From: Octopus bimaculoides
Lineage: Eukaryota
Assembly (NCBI RefSeq): GCF_001194135.2
Contig: NC_068984.1
Coordinates: 100,580,902 to 100,639,589 of the forward strand
Length of the DNA: 58,688 bases
Reading direction: 5' to 3'
Positions 12,192 to 25,540 of the stretch are shown one piece after another. The notes beneath the pieces are model-generated. The model searched no databases. It was given only the letters and a program-made list of their open reading frames with translations, and was not told the DNA's origin. The translations under genes were made by a program, and so were the position numbers. The first letter of the stretch is position 1. Every line of letters starts with the position of its first letter.

Positions 12192-12325
12192 GTGGGATTC
12201 CGCAAAGTTTCTGCCTAAATTTCACTCGCAAGGTATTGATGAAACCAAGATTATGTTAAAAGAGACATTTATCAAAGTTGTCGTGCAAAGGAGTCGAACT
12301 CGGAACCGCATGTTTGTGGAGTGTT
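12192..12325 (-). mobile_element. Degenerate SINE family B 5' fragment
   Basis: ...TCACTCGCAAGGTATTG...GAACTCGGAACCGCATG resembles the reversed family B head. Confidence 0.5.
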
Positions 12326-13747
12326 TTAGTTAAACATTTATGCCTATATCCAAATTATCGAAACGAATGTTAAAAATTGACCTCATACAGGTTTCTAGCG
12401 TACCAAATGACAACCAATAACAAGCTGGGAAATTCTGAATGTCTGGACTGTTCCAGGAGAAGGCAACTACAACTCTTTCTATTCCATGCTCTTACAACTC
12501 TGCTGCTAATTCGCCGTCTGAAATCCAGATCATAGTTCTAGATTAGTTAAAATAAACATCTAAAGTATTGGAGATGTTTTTAACTAAACCCTAACCTCAG
12601 CATTTGTGATGTTGAGGTCATCTAGGAAGTCATTATTATTGCTCTCAATTTAATTTTATGATATGAGTTCATAGTAAGTTTGTGCTTTCGCTGCTGTTGC
12701 TGTCGTTGTTGTGAAATAGTTATATTATTCTGAGATCCAGCTTTGTCGTTCTTCAGTCAGTTTTTGTGATCATGTTCTTATACATTGCTTCGTAGTGTTA
12801 GTGGAGCGATAGATAGTCGTTTAAGGCTGGAACTTACAGAAAGACGACGTCGCAGACTATAATAATAGCAACTTTTTTATTATCATAAAGGCATAAATTG
12901 TGTGGACTTCCAGAAGTTTGATGTCCAGCCTTGCAGAAACCGAACAAAACACATATACTCTTTAAAAAATACGGTACTATTTAAAAAGTTTCAAAAACGT
13001 AAGCAACAGCAAAAGCAAGACTAGAGCACAAGCTAATAAACCTTAAAGTGTAAGGAAGAAACTGAGGTATTCGGTAATTAAGTTTATAGTATAAGAAACA
13101 AGAGAACACCATAAATAATGTTATGGTGTAAATAGAAAACAAAAGTATAAGGTAATTAATTATACAGTGTAAGGAAACAACAGTGGGAAGTTGGACGTTT
13201 CGAGTAGAGAAAGTTGGACGTTTCGAGAAGAGAAAGAAAAGTTCAATAGAAGCCAACCTTTTACGAACAAAACAACATGGTTGTATGTTATAATAATCAA
13301 TACCGACCCAAGACATGGTAATTATTTGATTTTACCAAACCTGTTCTTTCTTGTGTGACTGAAGGGTTTGATGGTGGATGCAGCGGAAATGGACAGCCTT
13401 GATTAACTATTCTCAATTCTTTAGAATTCTATTCGTCTGCAGGAAAACTCCTGTATTAGCATGACCTAACAACATATTGCTTTTTTAACTTTACGTCAGT
13501 ACTAATCGAAGTAGACCTTTCATTAAAAGGCCTTCAAACTATGATATACTTTCTCTATTTTTCAGTTGTAATGTTAGAACTACTCTATCCAATGTGTCCA
13601 ATTTTAAGACAGTATGGTGTGTTTTGAGGAAAATTTATCTACTATTTATTACAAGTCGAGTTACCACGTAAAAGATCCCTCGTTTGTCGTGACCTGCCAG
13701 TATATTTCAAAGTGATGTGGGAAAAACAATTTATATAATGCTATGTT

Positions 13748-13830
13748 TACATTAGAATAACATTAGCATAACATTAAAACGTTATGTTAGGTTGTCATAT
13801 TAGTATAACATTAGCATAATATTAGCATAA
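13748..13830. repeat. Degenerate 10-bp minisatellite (ACATTAGCAT-like)
   Basis: Repeated CATTAGCATAA / ATTAGTATAA units. Confidence 0.6.
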
Positions 13831-14507
13831 ATTTGTGTTAGTAGTCTCTCTCCATGATGGCAGAGAGTATTCTTCATAAAGTTATTATACCCAATGGTAA
13901 TGTTTCAAACACTTTGGTGTTGTAGTACAGTGCCACGATACGATGCCAATAAGGGAGGTCCATATAAACACTCTACCTATAAGCAATACTACTTTGAAGT
14001 CACCATATCACCTTCAAATCACATCTACTTGCCTTAAAAGGAAATGACAGATGAATAAGATAATGTACTCATATATACTGTACTTGATGCCATAAAAGAT
14101 GCACAGACATATTAGAAGAACCATAAGTTCAGCAGCTCATGTTCAGGAGGAAGAGCGCCAGGGAAGTTGGAAGGCCTAACTTTGTATATATATATGGGGT
14201 GACTCATTGAGATATTCTTTTCTGAAAGAAAGTGTCTTATATGTCATTGAATACGGTACTCTTTCTCGAAAAGTAAAAAAAAAAAAATAATAATAATGAA
14301 GGGATAATCACTGTTGGAACGCCCGCTAGCAAAAGCAGTCATAGTTTCCTTCATATCCCATCTTACCATATTAAACCTCACATTGGATATTGTAGTTCTA
14401 GATACACTGTGTCTGAACAGAAGACTGATAGGAATGGGTGGACTGCACATGATCAGAAGTCAGTTCGATCAGGGTTGTCCTGGGGCAAACAACAATAGCA
14501 ACAACTG

Positions 14508-14550
<43 letters not shown>

Positions 14551-15286
14551 AGAGAGAGATAGAGAAGACAGGTCGTGCTCATACATATCTCACCTGGGCA
14601 AGATAAACACCAATAAAGCCAGTATGTTTGTTTTTCGCTACACTATTACATCATGATAATGGTCCAGAATAATGACTCGGCTACGTTGCTGAAAACTGAA
14701 TGATAGGATTCTATTGTGCTTTATATTATTTCTCCAACCTCACAAGGCTTTGGTCAGGCAGTATGGGTAAATACAAAGCAGGTTTTCTTTTCTGGCGGAG
14801 TGTTAAAAACAATATTTTGCAAGTGAGAGGTGTGAATAGTTTCCATCGATATCATTGGCAGAAGCTCTATAAATGGCGACAGTTAGACATAAAATAACTT
14901 GTGGTGTAATAGTTTTTGTTGGTTGAAATTATGAGTCATATCCGTTCTATTGTAGAAGTGCTAACTTAAAATGTTTGCAAAATGGTCGCCGCTGCTTAGG
15001 TCTTTCCGGTTGATGTTTCTGGATTATCTTCCATTTTCAGTCTTTTCTCTCTCGCTTTCTCCCTCTCTCTTTCTCTCTCTTTCTCCCCCCCTCTCTCGGA
15101 CACACACAAGTACATAGTCTCACACACACTCCTACATATGCACACACGCATACATTGGTAGTCTTTCTTCACATATCGCTCTATCCTTTCACTCTTACTC
15201 TTTCGTACAAAAACGCACGCGCGCACGCACGCACATACACACACACACACAAACACACACATTCTCTCTGTCCCCCAACTTTCTGC

Positions 15287-15321
<35 letters not shown>

Positions 15322-15712
15322 GCTCCCTCATTTCTGCCTCATACTATCCCTTCTCTCACACTCGCGTTCTCACAGTTTCTTCCACGGCCTTCACTTCCTT
15401 TCCCTCTCTGTCTCTGTTTCTTATCCTCTATATAAACAACTGCATGTGCATTTCAATGCCTCTACCACTACCACAAACACCACTATCACCACCACCACCA
15501 TTATTGCCAATACACCACTACTGTCAACTCCAGTGTCAGCACTACACACATGCATACATGCATACACATACGTTCACATACATACGTACATGCATGTATA
15601 CCAATGCACATATACATACGCACAGTGTCACACTCATACATGCATAAATATACATATACACTCATACACACATACATAGATACATACCCCACACACACAT
15701 ACATACGCATGC

Positions 15713-15758
<46 letters not shown>

Positions 15759-17419
15759 TCACACACATATATATAAACATACACATACATACCCACACTC
15801 ACACACGTGTGTATATATAAATACACATAAATGCATACATTCATATATATACACACATGTATATATTAATATACACGTTTGCTCCGCTAAACAGAACTAT
15901 ATTAAATTTTATTTAATAAATTTGCAAAAGTGCAGCCTAAAGCTACTTGCTTTGTTGGAATTGGTAAAACTGAATCTGAATGAATTCTTCAGAAGCTGCC
16001 CGACGCTCTTAGACGATTGTCGAAATTGGTAAACACGATTAAAAAATTTTATTTTTATTTTTTAAATGAAGAATTTAGATATCCTTCTTGAAAATTCTAA
16101 ATTCATAAACTAGCCGCATCTTTGTCTTCACGCCATATTTCGAAGATGTTTATGAAGTAAAATGAAATAAAATGAAATGAAATGAAAATTTTAAATTTTA
16201 GATTTTTTTTAAACTTGTTTTTTTTTAATGTTGTGTTTTAGATATTTTTTGTTCTAGAATCTGTTGAACTGTGAAAAGAAAAAGAAAACAAACCAAAGAA
16301 GAAAGAATGAAATTTAAAAATAAATAAATAAATCCAAGCGACAATTTTTATTCCTACCAGTAATTCTATCTTTTATTTTTATGTTTGATTTTCACGAACG
16401 ACTTTGAAATATGGAGTTGTGAAAATGAAAATAAGGCTTCTTTTCGTGTTTCAGACGTCAAGAGGTAAAACTACATGTTTGATTCCTGCAAACTGTTTAT
16501 ACTTTGTACATTGAGAAAGGTATTTTATTTCACTCCATGATTCTCAACACAGAATATATCAAGCCAATGAGTGAGTTCTTGATTTTCTTTCGACCAACTA
16601 GAAATAGCAGACAAATCTCTCACCTCCGAATCATACATTTCTATACTGGAGAAGTAAAGGCCACGTTAGACTGTGTAGTACAGAGTACATTTTTTCTGAA
16701 ATTAAGGCGATGAGATGGTCATACCCCAGACACCTTTGATCCTTCACTTACCTAATCAGAGAAGAAACTAGGTTAAACATCAATAAAGTCAGAAATTAAG
16801 GTAAACGATTCAACAACGGCAGCCATTAGAAATAGTTTTGCAGATGTTTGTGAATGTAGTTTAAAACAGCAAAAAGGGACGAGAAATTTCCCCAACCGAT
16901 TCAATTTTCCCAGCTGAGACAAGCTTTTCGAAAATGTCATCTATAATAAAGATTTGTAGTGAGTTACGCGACTGAAGTTGCAAACAGCATATGCTCTCAT
17001 CCATGTGAGATTAATTTTCCTAAAACGCTGAACACATCGGAAGCTGAGACGAACGTTTTAACAATAGAAACCATTTCAAAGCCTGTGATGTATCGAGTGA
17101 TTGAGATATAAACCAGATTAGTGTGAACTAAGTGAAAAGAAATTTGTTATAAAATGTTATTAAATATAAGGGGAAAGATAATCAGTTTACTGTCCTCAAT
17201 GTCTTCACATAAAACAAAAAACACAACAAACTCAATATAACGGCTAAAGTACTATTCTCTATCGTGATTGTATGTCGTTGAGTTGAATATGATGTAAAAA
17301 CTGAAGTGGAGAAGACTATGAAGGTATGTAGCAATAAGTGAGTATATATACATGTATACATGTATAATATGAATCTCTCTCTCTCTATCTATCTATCTAG
17401 CTATCTGTGTATGTGTATA

Positions 17420-17465
<46 letters not shown>

Positions 17466-17536
17466 NNNNNNNNNNNNNNNNNNNNNNNNNNNNNNNNNNN
17501 NNNNNNNNNNNNNNNNNNNNNNNNNNNNNNNNNNNN

Positions 17537-17582
<46 letters not shown>

Positions 17583-17719
17583 GGGGAGAAGAAATATAGT
17601 TGATTGAATAGCTCTTGATATACTAGGTCTGTCAGAGGCCTGGAGAATGTCACACCGAAAACCTCAAGTGATATTTGAATTTAAGACACCCTTTTAACTA
17701 TGTTCTTTTACCTGCTGGT

Positions 17720-17862
17720 GAAGGTGCGTGGCTTGGTGGTTAGGGTACTCAGCTCAGGATCGTAAGGTCGTGAGTTCGATTCCCGGTGGCGCATTGTGTA
17801 CTTGAGCAAGACACTTTATCTGAAATTGATCCAGTCCACTCAGCTGGCAAAAACTGAGCAGC
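17720..17862 (+). mobile_element. SINE family C (tRNA head plus CORE/V-like segment), 5' part
   Basis: A-box TGGCTTGGTGG, B-box GAGTTCGATTCC, then TGTACTTGAGCAAGACACTTTA; homologous to 44683 and 24626 (-). Confidence 0.8.
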
Positions 17863-17888
17863 ATTTCAAAGGATCAGTTGCCTTTGAT

Positions 17889-17976
17889 GGAATTTGAAGT
17901 CAAAGCGTAAAGACGGACGAAATGTCGCTAAGTATTTTGTGCGGTATGCAAACGATTCTGCCAGTTCGCTGTCTTT
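17889..17976 (-). mobile_element. SINE family A 5' fragment
   Basis: GGAATTTGAA...AACGATTCTGCCAGTTCGC is the reversed family A head. Confidence 0.75.
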
Positions 17977-18027
17977 CACCGCATTAATAATAATAATAAT
18001 AATAGTAATAACAATAATAATAATAAT

Positions 18028-18218
18028 CCATTCTACTAAAAGCACAAGGTCTGAAATTTTGAGGGAGAGGACTAGTCGATTACATCGATCCCAATGCGTG
18101 ACTGGTACTTATCTAATCGACCCCGAAAGAATGAAAGGAAAAGTCGACCTCAGCGGAATTTGAACTCATAATGTAGTGACAGGTGAAATACTGTTAAACA
18201 TTTTGCCCGGCGTGCTAG

Positions 18219-18243
<25 letters not shown>
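18028..18243 (-). mobile_element. SINE family A, subfamily A2, full length with (ATT)n tail
   Basis: Complete reversed head, core and A2 tail (CCTTGTGCTTTTAGTAGAATGG-(ATT)n). Confidence 0.9.
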
Positions 18244-18494
<251 letters not shown>

Positions 18495-18609
18495 CTTTTC
18501 TACTCTAGGCACAAGGCCCGAAATTTTAGGGGAGGGGGGGCCAGTCGATTAGATCTATCCAGTACGCAACTGGTACTTAATTTATCGACTCCGAAAGGAT
18601 GAAAGGTAA
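18495..18609 (-). mobile_element. SINE family A2, 3' part (cut by gap)
   Basis: Reversed A2 tail and core up to the N-run. Confidence 0.85.
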
Positions 18610-18850
18610 NNNNNNNNNNNNNNNNNNNNNNNNNNNNNNNNNNNNNNNNNNNNNNNNNNNNNNNNNNNNNNNNNNNNNNNNNNNNNNNNNNNNNNNNNNN
18701 NNNNNNNNNNNNNNNNNNNNNNNNNNNNNNNNNNNNNNNNNNNNNNNNNNNNNNNNNNNNNNNNNNNNNNNNNNNNNNNNNNNNNNNNNNNNNNNNNNNN
18801 NNNNNNNNNNNNNNNNNNNNNNNNNNNNNNNNNNNNNNNNNNNNNNNNNN

Positions 18851-18916
<66 letters not shown>

Positions 18917-19063
18917 TTGCACTACTGGGTACTGCACACATTCTACGCAAAACACTTTCAATACAGTAAACATAAGAGCACCACAGCAAACCACAGCACA
19001 TACCCAAGGCGCACAGAGCTGCGCTCGGTAGTGAAGTGAAAGCACGTTATAAAAATAAAACTA

Positions 19064-19107
<44 letters not shown>

Positions 19108-19108
<1 letters not shown>

Positions 19109-19298
19109 TTCTACTTTTGAAACAAGGTCAGCAACTTGAGAGAAGGAAGTCAATCACATCAACCCAAGTGCTCAACTAGTATTTATTATATGGACCCCGA
19201 AAGGATGAAAGGCGAAGTCGACCTTGGCGGCATTTGAACTCAAAACGTAAAATGTCGGTAAAATGCTGTAAAGCATTTTGTCCGGCGCGCAAACGATA
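19108..19298 (-). mobile_element. SINE family A2, diverged, with (ATT)n tail
   Basis: GACCCCGAAAGGATGAAAGGCGAAGTCGACCTTGGCGG core on the reverse strand. Confidence 0.85.
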
Positions 19299-20149
19299 CA
19301 GTGGAAAAAGTAACCTGAGTCATAGGAAGAAGTGATACTCTCAACTTTGAAAGATTCTTATAAAAATATATAACCACAAGCCAAAAGAAAAAAAAAAATC
19401 TACATTAAATTAGGAATGAGAGCGTGACACTTTCAAATGACGTAGGATCTGAAGAAGTGATAGAGAATGATGTAGTTGATTGGTTTACTTGTGCAACATA
19501 CAAGCTGATACTGCTAGAGTAAAAGCAAGCTGAGAATACAGATGAGAATGCAGAAATTCACAGAAACTGACTGCAAAGAATATTGCTACAGGATTGGTAT
19601 TTATAGAGACAAGTATGTAAGTTTTTGATGATAACAACTTTAATTGTAAACGTAACAAAACGTACTAGAGATGATGTACAATAAACATCACACAATTTGG
19701 CATAAGTTCTTTGCCCCCACCCCAAGTAGATGTTAACGATGGTGGTAAACTATTAAATAGAAGACAGTGTCTTACATCCTAATAGTAACTCTCATTCCAC
19801 CACCACCTCTCATACAGTTGCCTACATCTTTTATGGTAAGAACGAGCCATACTACAACATCATGATTCTTATGTATTCCCTTTACGAATTAAAAAAAAAA
19901 TATTTTTATGCACAATATATATTGTACTTATTTTTTTACATAAAAGTGGTCGTGTTGCTAGTTTTTTTTTGTTCTTTTGTTGCTTTTTTCGAAAATATCC
20001 GTCGGAACGCATTATCACATTATAGAATGAAAATCGATAGGAAAATAAATTTCACATCACGATATCTCATGTTATGTCAATTTTGTTTTTTAGGAATGCA
20101 TTACTCCCGGAACAGAGGGAATTCCTGGAATATTGACCTTATAAACTTT

Positions 20150-20900
20150 TAATACGCCCGCATCTTCATTTCAGGCACAAATTAATTCGAACTAGACTAT
20201 GATTTTATTACAATTCGTTATTACTACTATAGTTTTAAATGGTGAGTCTATTTTTGAGGAACCATCAAAGGAGTCTAATGTTTTAGTAATTGATCCATTG
20301 AACTGGCAAAGTAGTGGATGGCTTTTGAAAACTTCTGGTTGCCCAATTAATATACAAAAATTCTTTGGAATAAAGGTAACCTCACTACTGCAATCCAGTT
20401 GCATATCCAAACAAACGTTATTTAGTTTAACATGAAGTTCGCTTTCTTTTTTCTTTGCTTTGTAGTATATACACATTTATTTCAGTGTCAAATCTTTCAT
20501 CTTCAATTTGTTATATTCGTTTCACAATTTTCATTTTACAGCTACAAACTAACTGACATCTGCAGCATATCTATTCAAATGCAACATTTACCTTTAATAA
20601 ATGCGTGTTTATAACTACAAAATTTGCTTAGAGTAACTTTTTTCATTTTTGCTACGTGACAGACATCAGCAATCTTAGGCTGTACTTCACGAGAAATGTC
20701 GACTCTGATAAAATGCAATATGATTTCCTGATGATCTTTGAAGTTCACACATTCATCGACTGACAGATTTTCCCCAGAATCCTTGATTTATGTGATGTCT
20801 GATACATGCCTTCATTTGATATATACCTTCACTGAATCACATTTGCATCAATTTATCTTCACCTTGACCAAAAATTATTGAACTCACATCAAAACCTGTT
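20150..20900 (-). mobile_element. Gypsy/Ty3 gag-protease remnant
   Basis: Minus ORF 20192-20476 VKLNNVCLDMQLDCSSEVTFIPKNFCILIGQP...NGS.TK.LDSF resembles the retroviral aspartic protease V.ING....MQLDTGSDVT.I....W..IG.P with DTG decayed to DCS; weak zinc-knuckle traces upstream. Confidence 0.65.
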
Positions 20901-21045
20901 ACAACAGCGACGCACAATTTCTACGATAGATCTATTCGATTCTTGAGACATAATCTAGCTTACTCGGCGATGGCCAACTTTTTTTCAGGACTCACATTAT
21001 TCATTATAGTCTCACCTATCGTGCTGGAACACATATCCTCTAACT

Positions 21046-21595
21046 CAGTGATTCCTAACGTGGGGCATATGCTCCAGCCAAGGGGCCTGGGAAAAGCGTG
21101 GTGGGGCGAGAAATCCAAAATTTGTTTCATTTTTTTTTTTGTTTTAGTGGGACATGGAATTGGGAAAATCTTTTTTCACAGCGCACATACTACACCTATT
21201 CTCAGCCTAGCCAAACCAGTTCCTTTGGCCAAGCATACTGTGTGTGGGCTGTTTGCTACAGCATAATGCTATTCTAATGCCCTAGTGAGGGTAGTAGACT
21301 TGAAATTACAAAACGTAGTGATTTACGACTGAGACAAACAAAATTGCATCCTCGAATCAAGGAAATCTGCCGTAGTTGCTGGGCACAAGGTTTTCATTAA
21401 AGTGATTCAATTAGTCAATTATGTACTTTATTTTGTACTCAATACTTAATAAAAGAGTTACCGGTAGATTTTTTTTGTATTAAATAATTGTGATAAAATA
21501 TTAAAAATAAAGCTTTTTTTCCAGTCACCAATGGGACATACATTTTTCTCGAAAGTTATAGTGGGGCCTGGAGGAAAATAGGTTAGCTAACACTG
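21046..21595. mobile_element. hAT-type MITE (550 bp) with 8-bp TSD
   Basis: Ends CAGTGATTCCTAAC / GTTAGCTAACACTG; flanks CTCTAACT and CTCTAGCT (7/8). Confidence 0.8.
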
Positions 21596-21886
21596 CTCTA
21601 GCTACTTCAAATGAATCATTAGTTAATAACTCCAGCGTAGTCTCACAACTTGTCTTTTGATAGAAATAAATCAACGATCTCTTTTGAAACGTTGCTTTCA
21701 TTATCTTTGCTTTTGATTAAAATATTTCAGCAAGGTTAGGATCAGATAACACACAACCGGAATCTATCAGCAATTAATTATGGGGTAAATAATTCAGAAT
21801 TCATAACAGATGTTTCAACATGGAACATTTATATGTCTACAAATGACAATTCGTAACGGGAGTTTCAACATAACGTTTATTTAAAG

Positions 21887-22121
21887 CAGTGGTTCTCAAC
21901 CATTTTTTGCCCATGGACCCTTTTGATACCTATTTCACTCTATTGGAACCCCACAAAACCATTCAATGTTTAAATATTATTAGGAATTATATAAAAAAAT
22001 TGTTGAAATATTTTGTGTATTGTAGAAGTATAACCAATTTGATTGCTCATAAATTTTAACAACAAAATCGTATTTGGACCCCCAACCGAAGGCTCATATG
22101 AACCCCGGGTGAGAACCACTG
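21887..22121. mobile_element. hAT-type MITE (235 bp) with 8-bp TSD
   Basis: Ends CAGTGGTTCTCA / TGAGAACCACTG; flanks ATTTAAAG and TTCTAAAG (6/8). Confidence 0.85.
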
Positions 22122-22305
22122 TTCTAAAGTCTCGTTGAATTACCACATGTTAAGGAGCATTTTTGACTAATTAATTTGTAGTCATTACGGTCTTCTCGGC
22201 CGCCATCTACTGACTGTCCAGCAACTATTTTGATATATTTACGTGGAGAATTGGCAGAGTCGGTAGAATATCGGACCAATTGCTTCTTGGTAATTTTTTT
22301 TCTAT

Positions 22306-22830
22306 TACTTGTTTCAGTCACTAGACTGCGGCCATGCTGGGGCACTGCCTTGAAGAAATTTTAGTCGTATGAATCGACGTCAGTACTTAATTTTGTTAAG
22401 CCTGGTACTTATTCTGTCGATCTCTTTTGCTGAACCGCTTATTTACGGACACGTAAACATACCAACACCGACTGTCAAACGGTGGTGAGAGGACAGCCCC
22501 CCCCCCACACACATATATATATATATATATATACACAACGGACTTCTTTCAGTTTCCATCTACCAANNNNNNNNNNNNNNNNNNNNNNNNNNNNNNNNNN
22601 NNNNNNNNNNNNNNNNNNNNNNNNNNNNNNNNNNNNNNNNNNNNNNNNNNNNNNNNNNNNNNNNNNNNNNNNNNNNNNNNNNNNNNNNNNNNNNNNNNNN
22701 NNNNNNNNNTCCACTCACAAGGTTTTAGTTGACCCGAGGCCATAGTAGAAGACACTTGCCCAATGTGCCACGCAGTGAGACTGAACTCGGAACCATGTTG
22801 TTGGGAAGCAAACTTCCTACTACACATTCA
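22306..22830 (-). mobile_element. SINE family B, near full length (contains gap)
   Basis: Reversed 3' tail, internal microsatellite and reversed tRNA-like head (GACTGAACTCGGAACCATG). Confidence 0.85.
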
Positions 22831-23062
22831 CATACTTAAACGGTGAATCTTGAAGCATATGAAGGTGTAAAGAATAGCGAGTAAATAATCGGTTATATTT
22901 ACACGCTTTTATATTTAGCTTTATCTGCTTCAAGATTCACCGCCCGCTCCAAAATGAATTATTCCATGTTCTCGAAGTGTCTATATTCTTATGGCGACAA
23001 CAATGCGCGCGCGCGTACGTGCGTGTGAGAGAGAGAGAGAGAAAGAGAGAAAGAGAAAGAGA

Positions 23063-23093
<31 letters not shown>

Positions 23094-23094
<1 letters not shown>

Positions 23095-23180
23095 GCGGAA
23101 GGGAAGTTTATTCAAACTAACAGTTTCTTATTTCCCTATAAAACTAGTGACGTCACAGTTGTCGTGAAGAAGACATCAGT
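23094..23180 (+). promoter_or_regulatory. Candidate core promoter or enhancer
   Basis: After a (GA)n tract: GGCGGAAG (ETS-like) at 23094, TATAAAA at 23137-23143, perfect CRE TGACGTCA at 23148-23155, in apparently unique CpG-retaining DNA. Motif evidence only. Confidence 0.3.
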
Positions 23181-23388
23181 AATAAGAGGATTATTATTTT
23201 TATCTAGTACTAATAATAAATAACATTCACATAGATAACTTGATATTTCGGGTCCTCACTCCTTACATGTGTCGTCACGCAGTCAATCAAAACGGTCTCG
23301 TGACCAGCGGCATTCATTTTAATCAGCTGATATTTCAAGCTTATGCCGTCCATTCACTTCACCAGACGTGACAAGAGTTCAACTCCTG

Positions 23389-23606
23389 GCAGAATCGTTA
23401 GCACGCCGGGCGAAATGCTTAGCGGTATTTCGTCTGCCGTTACGTTCTGAGTTCAAATTCCGCCGAGGTCGACTTTGCCTTTCATCCTTTCGGGGTCGAT
23501 AAATTAAGTACCAGTTACGCACTGGGGTCGATGTAATCGACTCAATCCGTTCGTTTGTCCTTGTTTGTTCCCTCTATGTTTAGCCCCTTGCGGGCAATAA
23601 TGAAAT
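23389..23606 (+). mobile_element. SINE family A1 with perfect 14-bp target-site duplication
   Basis: GAGTTCAACTCCTG at 23375-23388 and at 23607-23620; body close to the other A1 copies. Confidence 0.95.
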
Positions 23607-23763
23607 GAGTTCAACTCCTGTCTTGCTGATGTCTGATGCGATGGGTGGCATAAGCTTGAAATATAGATTGATTACAATGAAATGTTATTTAGTTGAAGTA
23701 TAGTAAAGAAAAAGGAAAAGAAAAGAAAAAGAAAGTAAAAAAAACATAATTTTTGTATTGTAG

Positions 23764-24144
23764 GTAGCTTCTACTCAGATTTCACAATAGATTTTCTCAC
23801 CCTACCTAAGTATCGGTACAATTACGTCTTTCGGGAGCGCCGAGAAAATAATAGCGTTTCACAGGTGACCAACAACAATAGCAACAGTAACACCAATCGC
23901 AGAAACAACAACAACAANNNNNNNNNNNNNNNNNNNNNNNNNNNNNNNNNNNNNNNNNNNNNNNNNNNNNNNNNNNNNNNNNNNNNNNNNNNNNNNNNNN
24001 TATTAAAAAAAAAAGCAGTAGTGACGAAATAGCAACAACAAAAATAACAACAGCAGCAACAAAAACAAAAACAAAAAACACAACTTCCACAACAACAAAG
24101 CCAACAACAGCAATAATAATAACAATAGTGTCATCAACACTACC

Positions 24145-24201
<57 letters not shown>

Positions 24202-24268
24202 CCCGCAACAACAGGGAGAAGAAGAAATGAATTTTGAACGACATGAATCACTAACTGTGCTGAGTGAC
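23764..24268 (+). CDS. Candidate coding exon of an unknown low-complexity (N/T-rich) protein; spans an N-gap
   Basis: Acceptor TTTTTGTATTGTAG|G at 23763; open frame (G)SFYSDFTIDFLTLPKYRYNYVFRERRENNSVSQVTNNN...; after the gap one frame is open to ...QQQGEEEMNFERHESLTVLSD with donor GTATGC at 24269. No homology recognised; frame across the gap is unknown. Confidence 0.35.
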
Positions 24269-24625
24269 GTATGCTTATGACTGTTTTTGAGACACAGAGC
24301 GTAGTCTGAGGGTTATTCTCACCAATATGTGCTGACCAGAAAATATATCCGCGGATTTAAATTACCAAGCGACTGTCGTTACATGGTCAGCCTCGACGAA
24401 GACATTTCTAGGCTTGTTTCAACGCTGTCTAAATCCCTGTATTCCCCTGTCTAGGAGACGTGAGTTCGAAATCTCTCTCCCACTCTCACTTTCTATTCCG
24501 CTCTCTTCCTCTCCTCCTCTCTCTCTCACTCTCTCTCCTCTTTCTCTCTCTCCCCATGCTCCTGATCGATGGGGGTGGGGGTCATCACAGGATTGCGATC
24601 TCACAGGCGTCATCGTGCGTAAAGG

Positions 24626-24924
24626 GTTAGGGTAGACTCCCGACGGTCATGAATGAATATGGGATTGCACCTAGAAAGTTCCCCTCCGTGGTACACATCC
24701 GGGCAAGATTGTTTATGGAAGATTAGCAGTCGCCCATGGATACCAAGCCCCCGCTCTCCATGCCACTGATGTTTTCGAAGGAAAAGGCAAAGGCCAGGTA
24801 AAGGCCAGGCAAAGGTCAGTACAGTGACTAGCTCAAGAACACAACACACAGCCCGGTCCGGGAATCGAACTCACTACCGCATGATTGTAAATCCGACCTT
24901 CTAACCACTAAACCATGTGCCCTT
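24626..24924 (-). mobile_element. SINE family C, near full length
   Basis: Reversed head TGGTTTAGTGGTTAG...GAGTTCGATTCCCGG...TGTTCTTGAGC, plus 3' body. Confidence 0.8.
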
Positions 24925-25263
24925 ATGTGAAGAACTTCTGATTTGGCATCCACGATAGTGTACAGCTCCAGGATAGCTCTGTGGTCTTCACACATCATTA
25001 AGATCTACATGTTTACGCAGACCTCCTATATGTCATTTCTTGTTCTCACGACACTGAAAACCTGCTCGCACTGTAGCGCAAAAGTTATGACAAACCAGGG
25101 GCCAATGTCCGAACGTATAACCCTGTCCGGGATCTTTATATTACAATGACTCATATATTACAGTATTAGTCTGCGAGCGAGTGTGTGGCGCGTCAGATCG
25201 GCCTGTCGTCTTACCCGAACTTCAATGCCAAAAAAAAAAAACAGGCAATATTACTATATGATG

Positions 25264-25452
25264 TAAGGTAGCGAGCTGGCAAAATCGTTAGCACGCCGAG
25301 CAAATACTTACCGGCATTTTGTCCGTCTTTACGTCCTGAGTTCAAATTCCGCTGAGGTGGGCTTTGCCTTTCATCCTCTTGGGTTTGTTAAACTGAGAAC
25401 CAGCTGAGTACAGCTTACCCCTTTCTCTGAACTTGCTGGGCTTGTGACAAAA
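25264..25452 (+). mobile_element. SINE family A, diverged
   Basis: TAAGGTAGCGAGCTGGCAAAATCGTTAGCACGCCG head, B-box and core. Confidence 0.85.
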
Positions 25453-25468
25453 TTATCATATGACTTAC

Positions 25469-25540
25469 CTCCGTCGATGGAAACCACGCATTCCCACACA
25501 TAATGATGTGTGGAAATGCTAGAGCGTTCTTTAATTGCTT
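25469..25540 (-). CDS. Candidate 72-nt internal exon (unknown gene)
   Basis: Minus strand CTTTCACAG|AAGCAATT...GACGGAG|GTAAGTC; open in phase 0 (KQLKNALAFPHIIMCGNAWFPSTE) and phase 1 (AIKERSSISTHHYVWECVVSIDG). Such sites can occur by chance. Confidence 0.25.

Noticed and set aside
13186-13235. 23-bp tandem containing ACGTTTCGAG, similar to part of P1
   Set aside because: Only the GAAACGTC half is present and there is no CUGANGA; too short to classify
16749-16780. Minus-strand MFNLVSSLI plus AG|GTAAGT as a first exon
   Set aside because: An isolated donor of the kind expected by chance; no linked exon found
17720-17800. tRNA-like sequences (also at 24850-24924, 41291-41360 and 44683-44750)
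   Set aside because: They have A and B boxes but continue into SINE bodies and lack a clean cloverleaf, so they are SINE heads, not tRNA genes
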